DNA from: Azolla caroliniana
Taxonomy: Eukaryota; Plantae; Polypodiophyta
Assembly: GCA_043228905.1 (NCBI GenBank)
Contig: JBHGNT010000002.1
Span: 21,700,001-21,764,000, forward strand
Length of the DNA: 64,000 nt
Reading direction: 5' to 3'
The position numbers and the translations under genes were made by a program. This document shows positions 20,436-34,937 of the stretch, in pieces. Position 1 is the stretch's first letter; each line of letters begins with the position of its first letter. Below the pieces are notes generated by a model. The model ran no database searches and was not told the DNA's origin. It saw nothing but the letters and a program-made list of their open reading frames with translations.

Positions 20436-22166
20436 AAGTCTTGTGTGCAGAGATATACAAATTCTTTTTCTTTATTCTTTGATAATCGGAAGTCTAGTCT
20501 TCTTCTTCATCATCGCCATCGCCATCATCATCATCATCATCTTCTTCTTCTTCTTCTTCTTCTTTCTGTCTGTTTCTGCTTTTTATCTTCTGTTTGCTTT
20601 CAAAAGCAGCTTTTTTGCTTTTTGGATTTGTAAAACCATTGATGGAATAACCTCTTCTTTTCCCAAAATACCCCTACAAATTTGCACCCCCATAATTCTC
20701 CCTAAAATGTCCTGCCCTGCCCACCCGCCCGCCCATCGGCAATCGTTTCTTCCCCATCGGATCATACACCCTGCCCGCCCGCCCATCACCAATCTCTGTA
20801 ATTCTCTTCTCTTCTATGTCGGATCCCAGTTGAGCAATCTGTAAGTTTCTTGTTATTTCTCTTGAATGCCGATCTCGGATCAAACCTCATCCCCCACTTG
20901 CCCCCTCTCTTTGAGATCCAATGTATATATGTTGTAATTCAAGCAAGTACACTAAGATCCATCTATCAATTCAATTCATGCCCTCTTTTGTCCATTATGA
21001 CTCTACAATAACTTGACCCCAATTTTGTAAATGGTCAATCTCTTTTCGTCAAATAGCGAAAACTTTTGTATGGTCATCTGTGGAGATAAACTAAAGAAAT
21101 ACGAAGATGAAACGGAACATTCATATGTGAGTGAGTGAGAGAGAGAGAGGGTGCGCGCGCGAAAGTTATAGGATGTAATTCCGTTCTAACTTGCGGCATA
21201 CAAATGTAGAGAGCATATTATCTCCCAACAATATAAAATTGCAAATGTAGATAACATATCGTCTCCCAACAATATAAAATTGGAGTCAAATCCACATGGT
21301 TTCTTAAAATGGAATTAAGTAAAGGAATCCAGTGAGTGTGCCATAGGTGCCTACTTACATTATATGTGGTCATGATTTCTTTAAATGGAATTAAGTAAAG
21401 GAATTGAGAGAATATGCCATTAATGGATTGAAATTTCTAATGGAATGGACTGAAAATTTCTAATGGGTAATTATGAAATATGTTTAGTTGGAAGAAGCTA
21501 ACCATGCAATCTATATAAATTGATAGTGGTGATAGATAAAAGACAATGTTTGAGTCTATAGAGTTACCTAGAGACTATAGTGCCAAGAAAATCACATTCA
21601 GCAAACAATGACATCGATCAAGTCTCGAATCAGAATTATTGGTGCTAAAGACTTTAACAAGGGAAAGACTCATTACTTGCATTATCTCACCCTTCATCCT
21701 TAATCTCTGTCATGTAGTTTCTCAACCTCTAATGATGTTGACACGGTGCCAATTAATACTTCACTTCTTGCATCCTCTTTACTTTTATATTCGTGTAACA
21801 GACCAAACCATTTGTACATTGTAATGGATGTGATTCTTTGCTTAGAATGACATAATTCCACTCTCAAAGATATGTGGGACAGTAATTTCTTCTATGATCC
21901 TATAATTCCTCCTTGTTTTAACCATTCCATGCATGCTTGCATCGAATACCTTGTATTTTGACAATGCTTTCAAAGATTAAATCACTATATTGTCATTTAT
22001 ACTAATAACAACTTCTAACATTTATTCTGAGCACATTCTACATAGTTTGCTTCTTGTAGCATAAGCTTGATTGTTGACTTAATCTCATTGATAGCTACAT
22101 TATCCCTTTACTGAAAAACATGTGGATCAGAGGTAGTCAAGATTTAAACATTTGAACATTTGGGAG

Positions 22167-22256
<90 letters not shown>

Positions 22257-22569
22257 AATGATCACTTTATGTGTTTAGGAACCTTGCAAAGAACATTATG
22301 AAGGCTATACAAATGTGGGGATTTTTTTCTACACCCTCATGATTTATTTATTTTTTCAAAAAGATTTCCTTCATTAGTATTAAGAAAAGTGTCAGAGGGC
22401 TACAAAAATGTAAACTCGGAGAGTATTACATACAAAAGAAATGGTCAGGGCAAGGACCAGGGGTGTTGATATCTCCATAACGGTCCTTTAGAGGAGATTG
22501 TGAACAGAGGCAACTTCATCCATAATTGAACAGAGGTACTTTTTTATATACACCCTCATGATTGAAGGT

Positions 22570-25260
22570 AACATGTATGAGTTAATCTCATGTACACAGA
22601 GAAATTTAGAGGATCTTGCATGTTGGACAAGGATGGTAGTACAAGATGGTATGATATGTCGTAATTTAGGTTATCCTATTGGTTGGGATGTGCTAATCGC
22701 GAGAATCTTAAATTGGACATCCAGACGAATTGCTTCACCATCGACCGAGAATTTACTTTCCATTGACCGAGCACAAAGATTGTTCAAGCTCACCTTCAAT
22801 TTCTTGCAAACGGTGAACTACAGGGTTTAGGGTTAGTATACACAAATATTAGTATTTACACACACAATCATACAAACCACAAATATTCATTTATTCTTCC
22901 CACACATACATATATGAAACATTCATTCATAGGCATGTGCAAACATTCATATGTAAATTGATTCATATAGACGCACATTTATATGTGCATACATTCATAT
23001 AGCCATTTATTTACACACATACGTACTAATTACATAGACTCATAAAATCATATACATGCATTCATTCACACAACAGTTCATTCATATACAAATTAATAAA
23101 GTCATTCATTCATAAGTACAGATATATATACATACATATATTCATAGTCATAAATTTGTAAGCACAAATATATCCTCTCATTGTTCTTCATTTACTGTGA
23201 CCACTACTGTTGTAAATTGCATATCGCACATGCGTAGGCAAGCATCGGTCCTTTATCCACCAAGTGGTGATGGAGGAACCAAAAGTTGGTTCGAAAGGAT
23301 TGTTTTTCCCTAGATATGTCTTGAACCAACAATCTTCTAGATAAATTAAATCAATTCCACCAATAGACCAAAACAATACTTAAACAATATATTTGTTATT
23401 TGTATATATTAAACTACTATCCCCACATCTATCTCCTCCTAAACAGTAGTTTAGTCTTGAGACCCAATCTAGTCAATAACGGAGGAGTACGGCGTGCTAA
23501 CATTCCTTGGATGATATGCGTCTTTAGGTCAAGCGTTGATGGGTACATTAGACTATCCATCTGTTAGACCATGCATAATGGTGCAATTATCAAGGCTCTA
23601 CCAATTAAGCTAATGGCCAGTCATGCGGGCCTCCCTGACCCTATCGGGGAGGTCCCAACACCGAGAGCGTGGAACCAACCCCATTATTCATCCCTTGGGA
23701 TAGAATTATACTCTTAATCTGTTCTGGCTTGTGGAAGTAAGCTCATGGGTTGGGTCCTATCTCACCAATGAGATAGAATCCCATCTATTAGATTATGAAT
23801 TTTCTCGTTCCAAGCTTGGAACAATGAGTATAAGACCACAATGTTGAAAAAACATTAACTCTCCCTAAAAAGGAGGTTAAATCCAACCTCACTTTCTGGT
23901 ATGGCTACCTTTACAACTTCGATGAAGTCACTAACCCTCTCCTTGTGGTTGCGCTAATGACTTCGGGCACCACAAACTTCCATATTGTGATGTGAGGTGT
24001 GTACAAACCCCGAGAAATATATTCATCGTCGTGTGGTTTACACATAGACATTGTTTTGTTTTTCTCTCTTCCTTTCTTTCTCCACATGATGACATGTTCA
24101 TTTGCATTTTCATCTTGATTAAGGTTTGACAAGATCAACCTCAAATCAAGCATCATGCTTTTGTAGGGGGTTGACGTGCACATCTTGCAATCATGATGTC
24201 TCTAACATGATAGGATTCTTGTAGAAGTAAACTTGCTCACATTGGATTGACTAAATGTACGGCTTCTTAGTTGTAAGTAGAAGTTTTGTAGAATCCATAT
24301 ACAAAAAACCCAAAGGTTCACAACACATGGTTGCATGTGAGCCATTGTACTATGGTCGAAACCATCTACTTTGGCAATGGCCAATACCATAAAATACCCA
24401 ATATATTGGTAAGTGAACTAAATATATTTAAGGAGGAATCACGGATAAGTTTTATTGCTTGTTTTATAACTAGGAAGCCCAAATATCCAAGCTTGTCGTC
24501 AATCAAATTGATATTCTTCGTTCTTGCTCGTGATTGTTGTTCAAATGATGCTACCACACAAGATCTTGTATAATATGGTGTCCATATGCCCACACACCAC
24601 TATAATGTCTCACCTTAAAATAGGTTTTAGATTTTCACATTTAGGAGTGTCAATTAGAAAATCCAATTCAAATGAGATAGTTTTAACGAAACAAATATAC
24701 CATTTTGTCACACCTAGTTATAGGCTCAAGGGTAACCTTCTATATAAGTTGACAACTCATCTTTGCTTGTTCGACTCTATCTCATACTTATTTGAAGAGT
24801 GAATGTGTTTTTTTGGCCTTAGCATCTCTTCTTCTAGTTGTGTTAGAAAATAGTTACCTTTGAACAAAGTCGACCATACATTAAGAGTTATTTATAATAA
24901 ATGTTGAGAGGTTCTTCCACTATTCATGTGAATGTCAGAATGGTGTCCCTTTGCCACAAGCACCTCCTCAAACATTGTGTTTTCTTTATCTTGTGTCGAT
25001 GTAATTGATGCGTCTTCATGTACATCTGGCAAATATTTGGAGAGGTAGTACATGGATTCAAATCTCTTTTGGTTGTAACTTGTGATATTTGATGAGCAAA
25101 TCTCTTCAATATACACACGAATCTCTCTCCCCAAAATATCCAACGAGCGTTCATTACACCTAGAAGTTCACTCTCATCAATGGAATGAATCAAAACATAC
25201 ACTTAAATATCAACGACGGATATAGGGGAATCTTTCTCAATTAGGCATACAAGCTGAGAA
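22570..25260. mobile_element. Scattered, highly degenerate LINE ORF2 relics
   Basis: Short RT-downstream motifs (CRNLGYPIG on +; DKLGYLGF and MFEEVLVA on -) with many stops. Boundaries approximate. Confidence 0.5.
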
Positions 25261-25735
25261 ACTTCCTACACCCTTTGTCATGCATTGACGATGGCAAACA
25301 ACCATTTATGACAAATGGTAACACATGCAAAACATTTAAGAACATTTTGCTTTAAGCACAATTATTTGGTAATTATAATGAAAACTAAATATATATTAAA
25401 GGATTGAGAATATGACTTTAATAAAATAATGCTAATAATGTGTTTTAAATCTTACAAGAGTCATGTTATCCATCATGAATATGATCCATAAATAAACATT
25501 ATGTCATGTCAGTGTCTAGATTTCTATACTGATTCCATCCACTAAGTGAAGTAGTGCTCACTGCTACCCACACTTCCACTCTATGAAGAAACAATTGGAT
25601 CCCTATTGCATTGGATGACTTAAACCTCACTTCCTATCCTCAAGTATCACTTTCGTTGCATTTATTCTCTAACATATAAAAATATTCTAACTCCATTGAC
25701 TTTAACACTCATATTTGTTTATGAGACATGTCACA

Positions 25736-26361
25736 TTACCAAGAAATTTGAAGCTTTTCACTACTTTTATTGGTTCTCCCTTGTATGTAAAAGTGGAATA
25801 TTGTCTTGGTTATTATTGCCATCATTTTTGTTTTGTCCACATTAACAATTATTCCACTAATTTGATGGAATCTCGCCAACACATTATGTAAGTGTTGCAT
25901 ATCACCCAAGGTACATGCAAATAAAACAACATTATCATCATATAGGAGTATAAAAATAAGTGCTTGCATGAGTTTTGGGCCATCTAATTCATCTTCTTCT
26001 ACAACTATGTTTAATATTCGTGAAGGTTTACCAATTCATAAACCAAATATTGTGTGAGAGAGAGTGAACACCCTTTTTTGATGCCCATGTTGTTTAAGAA
26101 GTACTTCAAGAAACTACGATCCGTTTTCAATTGGCACTTAACTCGCTCATATAATCATGCTACAAGTGCTTTATACTCTAATGCAGGGCAGGAATTTGAC
26201 GAGTGTCATGCTCGTCTAAGGCCATTTTGCCTGTCAAAAACATACACCCAATAAAAATGTCTGTCAAGTGACATATAAACTTACAATTTTCATTTTTTAT
26301 GCGAAAGGCGCCCAAAAATTATACATGTCAAATGACATGCTAAAAATTTAATGTCCATGTC

Positions 26362-26393
<32 letters not shown>

Positions 26394-27740
26394 ATATATA
26401 TATTATAGTGTTGGGCAAAGGTTGAATTGGGAGTCGGGACTTTTCTTGGCCGGCGGCAACCATTATGGATAGCCGAAATCAATTCCGGCCAAGATTTACG
26501 ACCAATTGGAATCTAGCCGGATGAGCCGGCTATTTCTATAGTATATGAAAATATTTATATTGTATATTTCTTCCAATGTTTCATTCCCAAATTCCCCCCT
26601 CTTTCTATCTCCCCCCTGTTTTCTCTTTTCTTGCCTCCTTTCACGCTTCCTGTTCCTTCTTCACACGCTGCTCGTTGCTTTCTTTCATCGCTACTCCCTG
26701 TTCCTTGGTTGTTACCCATTGCTCCCGGCTCACTCACTACTTGTTGCTCCCCGTCGCTTCTCAGTGATTGCACAACATCTACTATTTGCCACTACTCTCT
26801 GAAGTATGTATTTTGTATCTTTTTTTCTCTTTCTCTTTATTTTCTCAGTTTTTCTCTTTTATTGAATCTTTTTTCTTTGAAGTTTGCTGATGAGAAGCGT
26901 GTATGACAAAGTGGAATGCATTTTCTTTTATTCCCACAAAAATCTACAATAGGATAAGGACTAAGCAAGTAGAGAGATTAGTTACATATGTTTGTACAAT
27001 ATGGACTTATTGAAAGCCATAGAAAGCATGGAGGAGGTGAGATAGGTCTGATTGTTGATTGGTTGAACCCATAGATATCAAGGAGTATGGTTGTGATGAG
27101 GTTATTATGTTTGATTGTTGATTAGATGAACTATTAATATGCACAAGTGATGCTAGAAGAATTTTAGGAGACATCAAACATTTGTTGGAGGGATATATTT
27201 AACCTTTGGTTTGAAGAGAAAGAGAGAAGGATAGTATCATTGAAGTAGACACATATTGCACAATGTTTAATATGAGGAATCACGGTATGACAAACATTTT
27301 TTTGTATTTTTTGGGCTTTAAGAAATATATGATGATTAAGTATTCAATTTGTATTATTTTTTTTGTATGATTTCATTATCTTTGTCGGGTAGTGTTTATT
27401 TGTGTATCTTTGTGTATTTTCTATAGTAATAAAATGTATAATAATGAAGTATCATATAGAGCTTTTCATTCTTAAAACTTGTACGTCAAATGACATATTA
27501 GTTTTTGCACTCTCATGTCATATGACATAAATCTTTAAAAAATGCCCGTAAAAAAACTTATAGACTAACCCATCAAATTCAGGCCCTGCTCTAATGGCTT
27601 TTCAATCTCTACCATTGTTTTCCAAAGCTTAATAAGAATTTCTTGAAGTTCGCAAAACAACATTATAGTATTTTCCCTTGAAGTCGACATTTTTTCATAA
27701 TTTCTCAGTGTGACGAAATGATCAACAATTGAATGTTTTG
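25736..27740 (-). mobile_element. RTE-like LINE reverse transcriptase relic, split by a hAT-type element
   Basis: ILLYDDNVVLF...VNVDKTKMM on the left and a CCFANFK-like motif (cf. CFVDFRKAFD) near 27650. Confidence 0.6.
26184..27588. mobile_element. Non-autonomous hAT-type DNA transposon (1405 bp)
   Basis: TIRs CAGGGCAGGAATTTGA and CAGGGCCTGAATTTGA (14/16 match); perfect 8-bp TSD CTCTAATG at 26176-26183 and 27589-27596. Confidence 0.9.
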
Positions 27741-27857
27741 TTCTATATATATAGAGAGAGAGTATTCTTTAGATCCCTAGATAGAAGAGTTCTATACTTT
27801 GTAGTAAGTTAGTCATGGTGGTGTTTTTTGTTTCGTAATAAAAACTATTATTTACAA

Positions 27858-27889
<32 letters not shown>

Positions 27890-29194
27890 TGTGTGTGTGT
27901 GTGTGTGAGATATTACCATCTTCTGAGACCAAATTTGGCCCATGAGACAATTGGTTTACAACAAAATAGGATGTGTACCCAATCATTGAAAATAAAAATA
28001 AAATAAAACTTAGATAAAAGAGTTTTAGTATTGTACAAATTTCAAAAGGCGATATGTCCTAACTAGGTTTAAGAAATTGAAAATTGTCGAATATATCTAG
28101 GTTTCTTAATACTACCTAAGCCAACCCACCCTTTTAGCACACCTTGTTTAGTGAAGCTAATCGAAATGGGTACCTTTGTATCAACTATAAATTGAGTAAG
28201 AAGTAAGAAGCTAAGTAGGCTGGTTTTGATCTCTTATGTGCATTTCACACTATCATAATTTCATGTTCACAAATATCCTAGGCAAGTAGCCTAGAAATGG
28301 CAAAAGAATACATGCATGGTCAATTTATACAATTGGTTTTATCTATACGCAGCCTTTGTGAAGGACATGCTTACCTAAATCATAAAATGGTTTATAGTGT
28401 AATTTATGTCTAAGCATCATTCGCAAACACCATAAAACTTGTCTAACAAATTAGATTGGTTTGTACGCATCATTTTTGTACATCAAATATTTTAGAAATT
28501 TGTACCTTTGTTTCTTAGTTCATTGCTTATTTTTCACATAAAATAACAAAAAAATAAAATCTAGGCTACTAACATATAATGATATATGTATATATATTAT
28601 AATCATGTCAAATTTACACATATCATTGTCATTTATTTATTTATTCTCATCAAGACACTTGAAAATGTCACATCCATTATATAGAAACATTATTAGTAGT
28701 TATTGGACCCAAAGTCCCTTTTTAGTATAAATACCATTAGCATATCATGGACGCGAATCCAAGCATCAATAGAACATATTAACATGGTTGATCATGTACA
28801 TTTCTCTGAGTGTTCAACTCAACATTTGAAAAGTATGTCAAAGCAAGTAACGATATGATTGTTAAACTGCAATTTGGGCCCAGATTCCCTCTCAAGAACT
28901 CGAAGTTGAGGCCAACACCTTAGGATACTTGTTCACCTTGACTTTCAAATTTTATATTCTATATTGATTTTGTCTACACTATATTTTTTAAGCTGAAGAT
29001 AGAGAGATTAATCTAGCTTGCTCGATATTTTTTTTTTTTTTTTTTTCCAAAAAAACACTACTTCCCATTAGTTAGCAAAAGAATTACATCGAAGAACAGC
29101 CATAATCAAAACAGCATAATCCTCACCTAACTATTTACAACAAGAGTAACCCACTGCCTCTTTTTACATAGTGACCACCATGGTGACCACATAT

Positions 29195-32100
29195 TCACAA
29201 CGAAGCCAATGGCGGAAACAACCATCTTGGTGCTTGGTAATTCCATTTAGGACCAGACGCTGAATTAACCATCATAGGAGAGCGACCCCATTTCAGCAAA
29301 AACTTTGAGCGAGCCCTGTCTGCTGCATCCGAGTTCCCTTCAATTGAGTTGTACTGTCCGCGCAGCCAAGATACCAGCTCGAACCAAATGTTTAGCAACA
29401 CCTCACCGCTTGGGAGTTTTCGTTGCTGAAAAACAAACATACATCGTCTGGTCCAAATGTGCCAGACCGAGAAGCATGCCACCAACATCCATATCTCCTA
29501 AAAAAAACCAGAGTTTGTACCAGGTTCTACTCCAACACTTTTGAATACACTGCCGCCCTGCAATATAAAACCATGACCATGTGGATTTAATTGTTCCGCC
29601 CAACCTTCCTTAGTTAGTTTCAAACCCTGTAAGGACCCCCACACAACTCTCCCATTCACCCCGCATGCTGCCACTATCCTGAGACTTCGACCCCAAATGC
29701 TGATTGCCTCTGCACAATTCCAAAAACAGTGAGGTATCGATTCCAAAGAGTGACCACATAACAGGCAACCAGCCTCCCCACCACGAGACCTCATCCACTC
29801 CCCTACCGGTAACGCCTTATGACTAAGAAGCCAAAACCACACCTTGATTTTTTCTGGCATATCAGATGCCCATAGTCTCCGCCAAAACGACTTCAACAAG
29901 TCATCTGATATGCCTTTATCCCTCCAACTATTGCGAGTTTGAGCAGCACCCACTGATTTGGAGCCAATGATTTGCCTTCCGAGCTTAGTACTATAATCAA
30001 AAAACCCCACCAGTTTGTTCGTTCCCGGTTTTTGCCACCATACCTCTAGTGGATCCCACTCCAAATCATGTAGAGGCTTGTTGTCCAATAGCCATAGTTT
30101 ACAATCATTATCTAGCTTCCCTGGGTCTGGGTTTAATTGCCACTTCTTACCTTCCAACACTGCCACCCGCACTGCCAACCACTGACCATTGTCGGACAAA
30201 GCACTTAGGTTTCCCCACAAACGATATTCATTAGATGGACACTTGCCACGGATAATTTGTCCATCACTCTCACCTACAAACCACCCAGACCAGACCCCCT
30301 CTTCCTTATCCAACCTATCTAGACCATCAACAGCCTTATTTATCAGTTGGGTCACCTTCTCAAGCCTACAAGAAATGCTACCAAACTGACCCTCCCTCCT
30401 CTTCATTTTGAAAACATCCCACTCTCTTACTGAACTAACATTGTACCCTAACATGCGGCCCCATGGCAAATATTTTTTCTGTCCAAGCATCATGCCGTCC
30501 TCGTTTCTAATCCTAGGGTTCCAAAATAACGGTTGTCGGAGTTGTTCCTCCAATGTTTTCGGTTGCATTAAGACCAACCCATCTCTTACACTTGACCAAG
30601 CCAACATTATGGCACGGGCCACCCTGTCTCCCATGCCATTTGGTTGTTTCAGCTTTAAATCTGGACTGAACAACCACCACATCTTTGCCTTCCAAGGGCC
30701 GCCATTCCTTGGACACCAAAGGTCAGCTCTATCCCTAAGAAGCAACTTCCACAGTTCAGGACCAGGTTGTAAACTTCGCACAAGTAGCTTACCTAGTAAA
30801 GCTTTACTTTGGTGAACTGGATCCACCAACCCAAGTCCACCTTGGTTTTTCGCCTTGATCAAACAACTCCACGCCACTTTAGCTGATGCCCTCTCATGGT
30901 CTCTACCCGACCATAGGAACCCTCTCACCATTGCCTTAATATTTTTGATGCAAGTTTTGTCTAACACCCAACATGCCACCGAGTGCCACATGGTGGCTAA
31001 CAAAATGTGGTTTACCACGACCACCCTACCTGCAAGAGAGAGCTTTACTGATGCCCACACCCGAAGCTTTTTTCTGATTTTGTCTTTCACTTGCTCAAGT
31101 TGCTGATTTTTGGGTGTCTCAACGCCCACCAAAAAACCCAAATATTTAACAGCCATTCCATTGGGGACCCATTGAAAATCAGCATTAGGGCACCAAAGAG
31201 GCCATGGGTTTGAACTTACCCAAAATCCCTTGCTTTTGTTCCAATTGATTTTCCCTCCTGATGCTCTACAAAACAACTCAATTCGACTTTCAGCAAGCTG
31301 TAAATTATCATCATTGCCTTGTAGATAGAGCATAGTGTCATCTGCGTATGATGAGTCCAACAACTCCTTGCCCGCTTGTGGGACAACTAACCTCCTTATT
31401 CCTGCATCTGGTTTGTTTAAAAAGAAAGAGAATGCCTCTGCAATAAATAAATAAAGGTAGGGGGCCAACGGGCACCCTTGCCTGACAGACTTGCATAATG
31501 GAATTCGTGGGCCTCGATGCCCTGACACCATCACCCTACTCAAACTTCCTTCGTAAAGGGCTAACGCAGCCGATCTCCATTTGGAGGGTAGTCCCAACCT
31601 CTCCAGCACTTTATCTAAGAAAGGCCATTGTACTCTGTCATACGCCTTCTCGAAGTCAAGCATGAGACATACAATATGTTGATTGGTTTTCTTTGCCAAG
31701 GCAATCGCCTCCCAAAAGGTCAACACATTATCAATTATGCATCTGTTTGCCATGAATCCTGTTTGTCCAACATTAATTAGTGCATTCAAGTGGGGTTTGA
31801 CCCGCTTGGCCAATATATTGGCAAAAATCTTATATATTGTGTTGAGCAATGTAATCGGTCTCCATTGCCTTGCATCAGCTATTAGGCCTTGTACCTTTGG
31901 AATTAGAAATATCAGCCCCTCTTTAAAATGCTCAGGTAAACGGCCAAGAGCCCATGCCTCATTAAGACCATCAACCATGTCAACCTTAATCACTTCCCAA
32001 AAGTTTTCAAAAAAATCTCTTGATAATCCGTTGATGCCTGGACAAGACGTTCTACATATACCCGCCAAAGCATCTGACACCTCCTCTTCCAAGATTGGCC

Positions 32101-33481
32101 TTGACAAATGAACTTGTGCAACCTCTGAAATTCTTTGTTGCATACCCTCCAATACAAATTCTGTTAGATTAGGTTGTTCGGGGATAATAGAACTGTATGA
32201 GAGTAACCCACGATAGTGAGTTGTGATTGCCTCCATGATCTCTTACACATCCTCCGATGCTGATCCATCCTCCTTAATCAGCTTAGGATTGCAACTACAG
32301 TTTGATCTCGGCTTTTTATACTTAAAAAATTGATGATTTACCTTATCCCCATTCTTGCTCCACCATGCCGCGGAACTCCTGAATAACATCGTGTTTCTAG
32401 ACGTAATCAACCGTTGTAACGTTTCTCTAGCAGCCTCAAGACCGGCTCTAGACCATTGACACGTGGGATCTTTCTGAAGCATTCTTTGGGCAGCTGCTAT
32501 TGATCTTCTTAATCCCACTTCTCTTTCTTTAGACTTTGCAATTCTATTTTTAGTCTCTACGTGCAAATATAGTGAAGTTTCGATAATCTTTCTACTAAGT
32601 GTCTCAAGTGCACCACAACCAGCTGGCTTAGTTGCCCATATGCACCTTATCTTACTTCCCACTTCCGCATCCTCAAAAAGCTTGCTATTGATCCTCATGT
32701 TGCGGTCTCTATTTGGCCTCCTCTGATTGACTAATGTAATCTGAACCGGCATATGATCAGAGTAAGCTGAACCAGCGATTATTTCAACATTATTACCATA
32801 TTTTTCAAGTTCTGAGCTTATGTAAATTCTGTCTATGCGAGACATGCAAAAGCCATTTATACTACAACCTGCTCTTGAAAAGCTTAGTGAACTCCGAGGC
32901 TTTTCTAGAACATACCATGCATCTTTCACTCCTAATCGTCCCATCAACAGATCCCAAGCAACTAACTCTGACCCTTGGACCACTGTATGAGTGCCACCCA
33001 CCTTGTCCTCTGTGTGCAAAGTCATGTTAAAATCCCCTGCAAGGATCCACGCATCTGCAAATGGCAAGCCATCAGCCAATTGCCTCCAAAAAACAGCCCG
33101 CAAAGCGGACGAATTGGGGGCATACACGTTTACTATCCCAACTATACATTGATGCCATCTTACCGACACACAAATGGCTTGTCCCTCCACTATGGTGTCC
33201 TGACCCACGACCACAATATCCGGATTGTGCCTAATAGATGTACAAACACCTCCTTTTCTACCATGCTCACCCTGAGCTGGAGACCAAACTGTATGCCAAT
33301 CCCCCTCAAGAGGGTTGCCAATACTCAAGATTCTGTCCGCACACAAATGATGCTCTTGCAAGAGCAAAATGTCCGGGATCCCCTTAAAGCACGGGGATTT
33401 GAACTCCTAACAAAAGTTCCTCCTTTCCATCATGCACTTGCTTCCACCAAGACCTTGTATGTTCCACGTGATTAACTTCAT
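29195..33481 (-). pseudogene. LINE ORF2 (APE endonuclease, RT, zf-RVT)
   Basis: MKLITWNIQG, LLQE, AGDFN, SRIDRIY, SDH, LDFEKAYD, RQGCPL, YADD, CLLC..ESIPHCFWNC. One reading frame throughout, with three in-frame stops. Confidence 0.93.
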
Positions 33482-34085
33482 GAACATAATTGAGAGGTCT
33501 CCCAAGAAGGACAAAGTCCCTCCCCATGAATCCATGCCCAACCTCCCGCATTGATCTTCTCCCATCCTAACACCACATCCTGCCTTATATCTTCTTCCAG
33601 TTCCTCCTCATGGAAGTGTAGCACCTCATAGAGGGAGTCTACCTTCTCCTCTAGGCAAAATAATAGCTGCTTTTTAATGCAAGCATCATCGAAACTCCCA
33701 CATGACATTCCAGCGGTCATCCACATCGACATCCACTTATCCCCACTCAAGGTGACTGGCAGGCTGTTGAAGTATTTGTGTGCCTTGACTTCTATGGAGC
33801 TAGAGATACGTGCCATGTTACTAGCCGAAACCTCCAGGTCCAACAAATCAAATGAGAAGCCTAATTTCAGCAACTTGTTACGTTCAGCAATAATGACATA
33901 AACCCTCAGCCCTAAGGCCTCCTCATGACAAAAATCAGTTAATCTCGTGAGAGCCTGCTGGCTAAACTTACACCCCATGCCTAGAGTGCCCCTTTCTGAA
34001 CTTTTGGCCCTAACAAATTTGACGGGAACTCTGACCGGTGCTTCACTACTTTCATGACGTGACACTTGTGGCTTCTGAAATGGCA
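33478..34085 (-). CDS. C-terminal part of LINE ORF1
   Basis: Open frame whose TGA overlaps the ORF2 ATG (ATGA at 33478-33481). No domain recognised. Confidence 0.6.
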
Positions 34086-34523
34086 AGCACAAGTAACTTA
34101 GAAATGGCAGAAATGCATGCATTGTCAATTTATAATCTTATCTTTAACCATATACAACATTTTAAATTTTAGCATTTCACAATATGATCAAATGTTTTAA
34201 AATATCATTTGTGCTTGTAAGTTGTGCTTTAAGAAAGTTTAAATCTTTTTGTTTGCTTCCCATTCAGTTCTAAGAAGTCAATGGGAGGGACTTCTTTGAA
34301 CCTTAAGAATGTATTCAACAAGCCTTTCGATGGCCATGATCTCAATGGAAGAGAGAGAGTCAATCCTCACCAACTATTTATTTTTGGTGTGTAGGGTGGC
34401 ATTGAGTTTGGAGTCGTAGTAGTTCTTTTGATCCCTAGATAGAAGGGTTCCATACTTTGTAGTTAGTCATTGGTGGTGTTTTTTCAGTCGTAATGAAAGC
34501 CATTATTTATGAGAGAGAGAGAG

Positions 34524-34937
34524 AGCTTAGTTGGTAAGATTAACCAATGGACAGTAGGAGGTCATGGGTTCGGCACTTACATTCCATAATGGCATCTAAT
34601 AAATTAAGATGATAGGTATGGAGTAATAGAGAGGTGAGCAAATTAGGCCTTGAACCTAAGACCTAGGGCTATTATTGTAAGATTGCTCAATGGATAGTAG
34701 GAGGTCATGGGTTCGACCCTTTCATTCGACAATGGCATCTAATAAATTAAGATGATAGGTATGGAGTAATAGAGAGGTGAGAAAATTAGGCCTTGAACCT
34801 AAGACCTAGGGCTATTATTGTAAGATTGCCCAATGGATAGTAGGAGGTCATGGGTTCGACCGTTTCATTCCATAATGGCATCTAATAAATAAAGGTTATA
34901 TGTATGGAGTAATAGAGAGGTGAGAAAATTAGGCCTT
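34524..34937 (+). repeat. About three 143-bp tandem units with tRNA-like A/B boxes
   Basis: GTAAGAT recurs at 34534, 34677 and 34820; AGCTTAGTTGG and GGTCATGGGTTCG motifs. Confidence 0.8.

Larger units (their letters stand above)
29028..34085 (-). mobile_element. L1-clade LINE, 5'-truncated, with poly(A) tail
   Basis: 19-nt poly(T) at 29028-29046; ORF2 and partial ORF1 present. 5' boundary approximate; no TSD found. Confidence 0.93.

Noticed and set aside
22168-22255. (GT)n(GA)n tract and other microsatellites (47623-47695, 38420-38500)
   Set aside because: Ordinary simple repeats; ORFs running through them are artefacts.
29195-33481. In-frame stops repairable by U-to-C editing or readthrough in LINE ORF2
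   Set aside because: U-to-C editing in ferns and hornworts is organellar. C>T decay of methylated TE DNA explains these stops, and the same pattern appears in all elements here.
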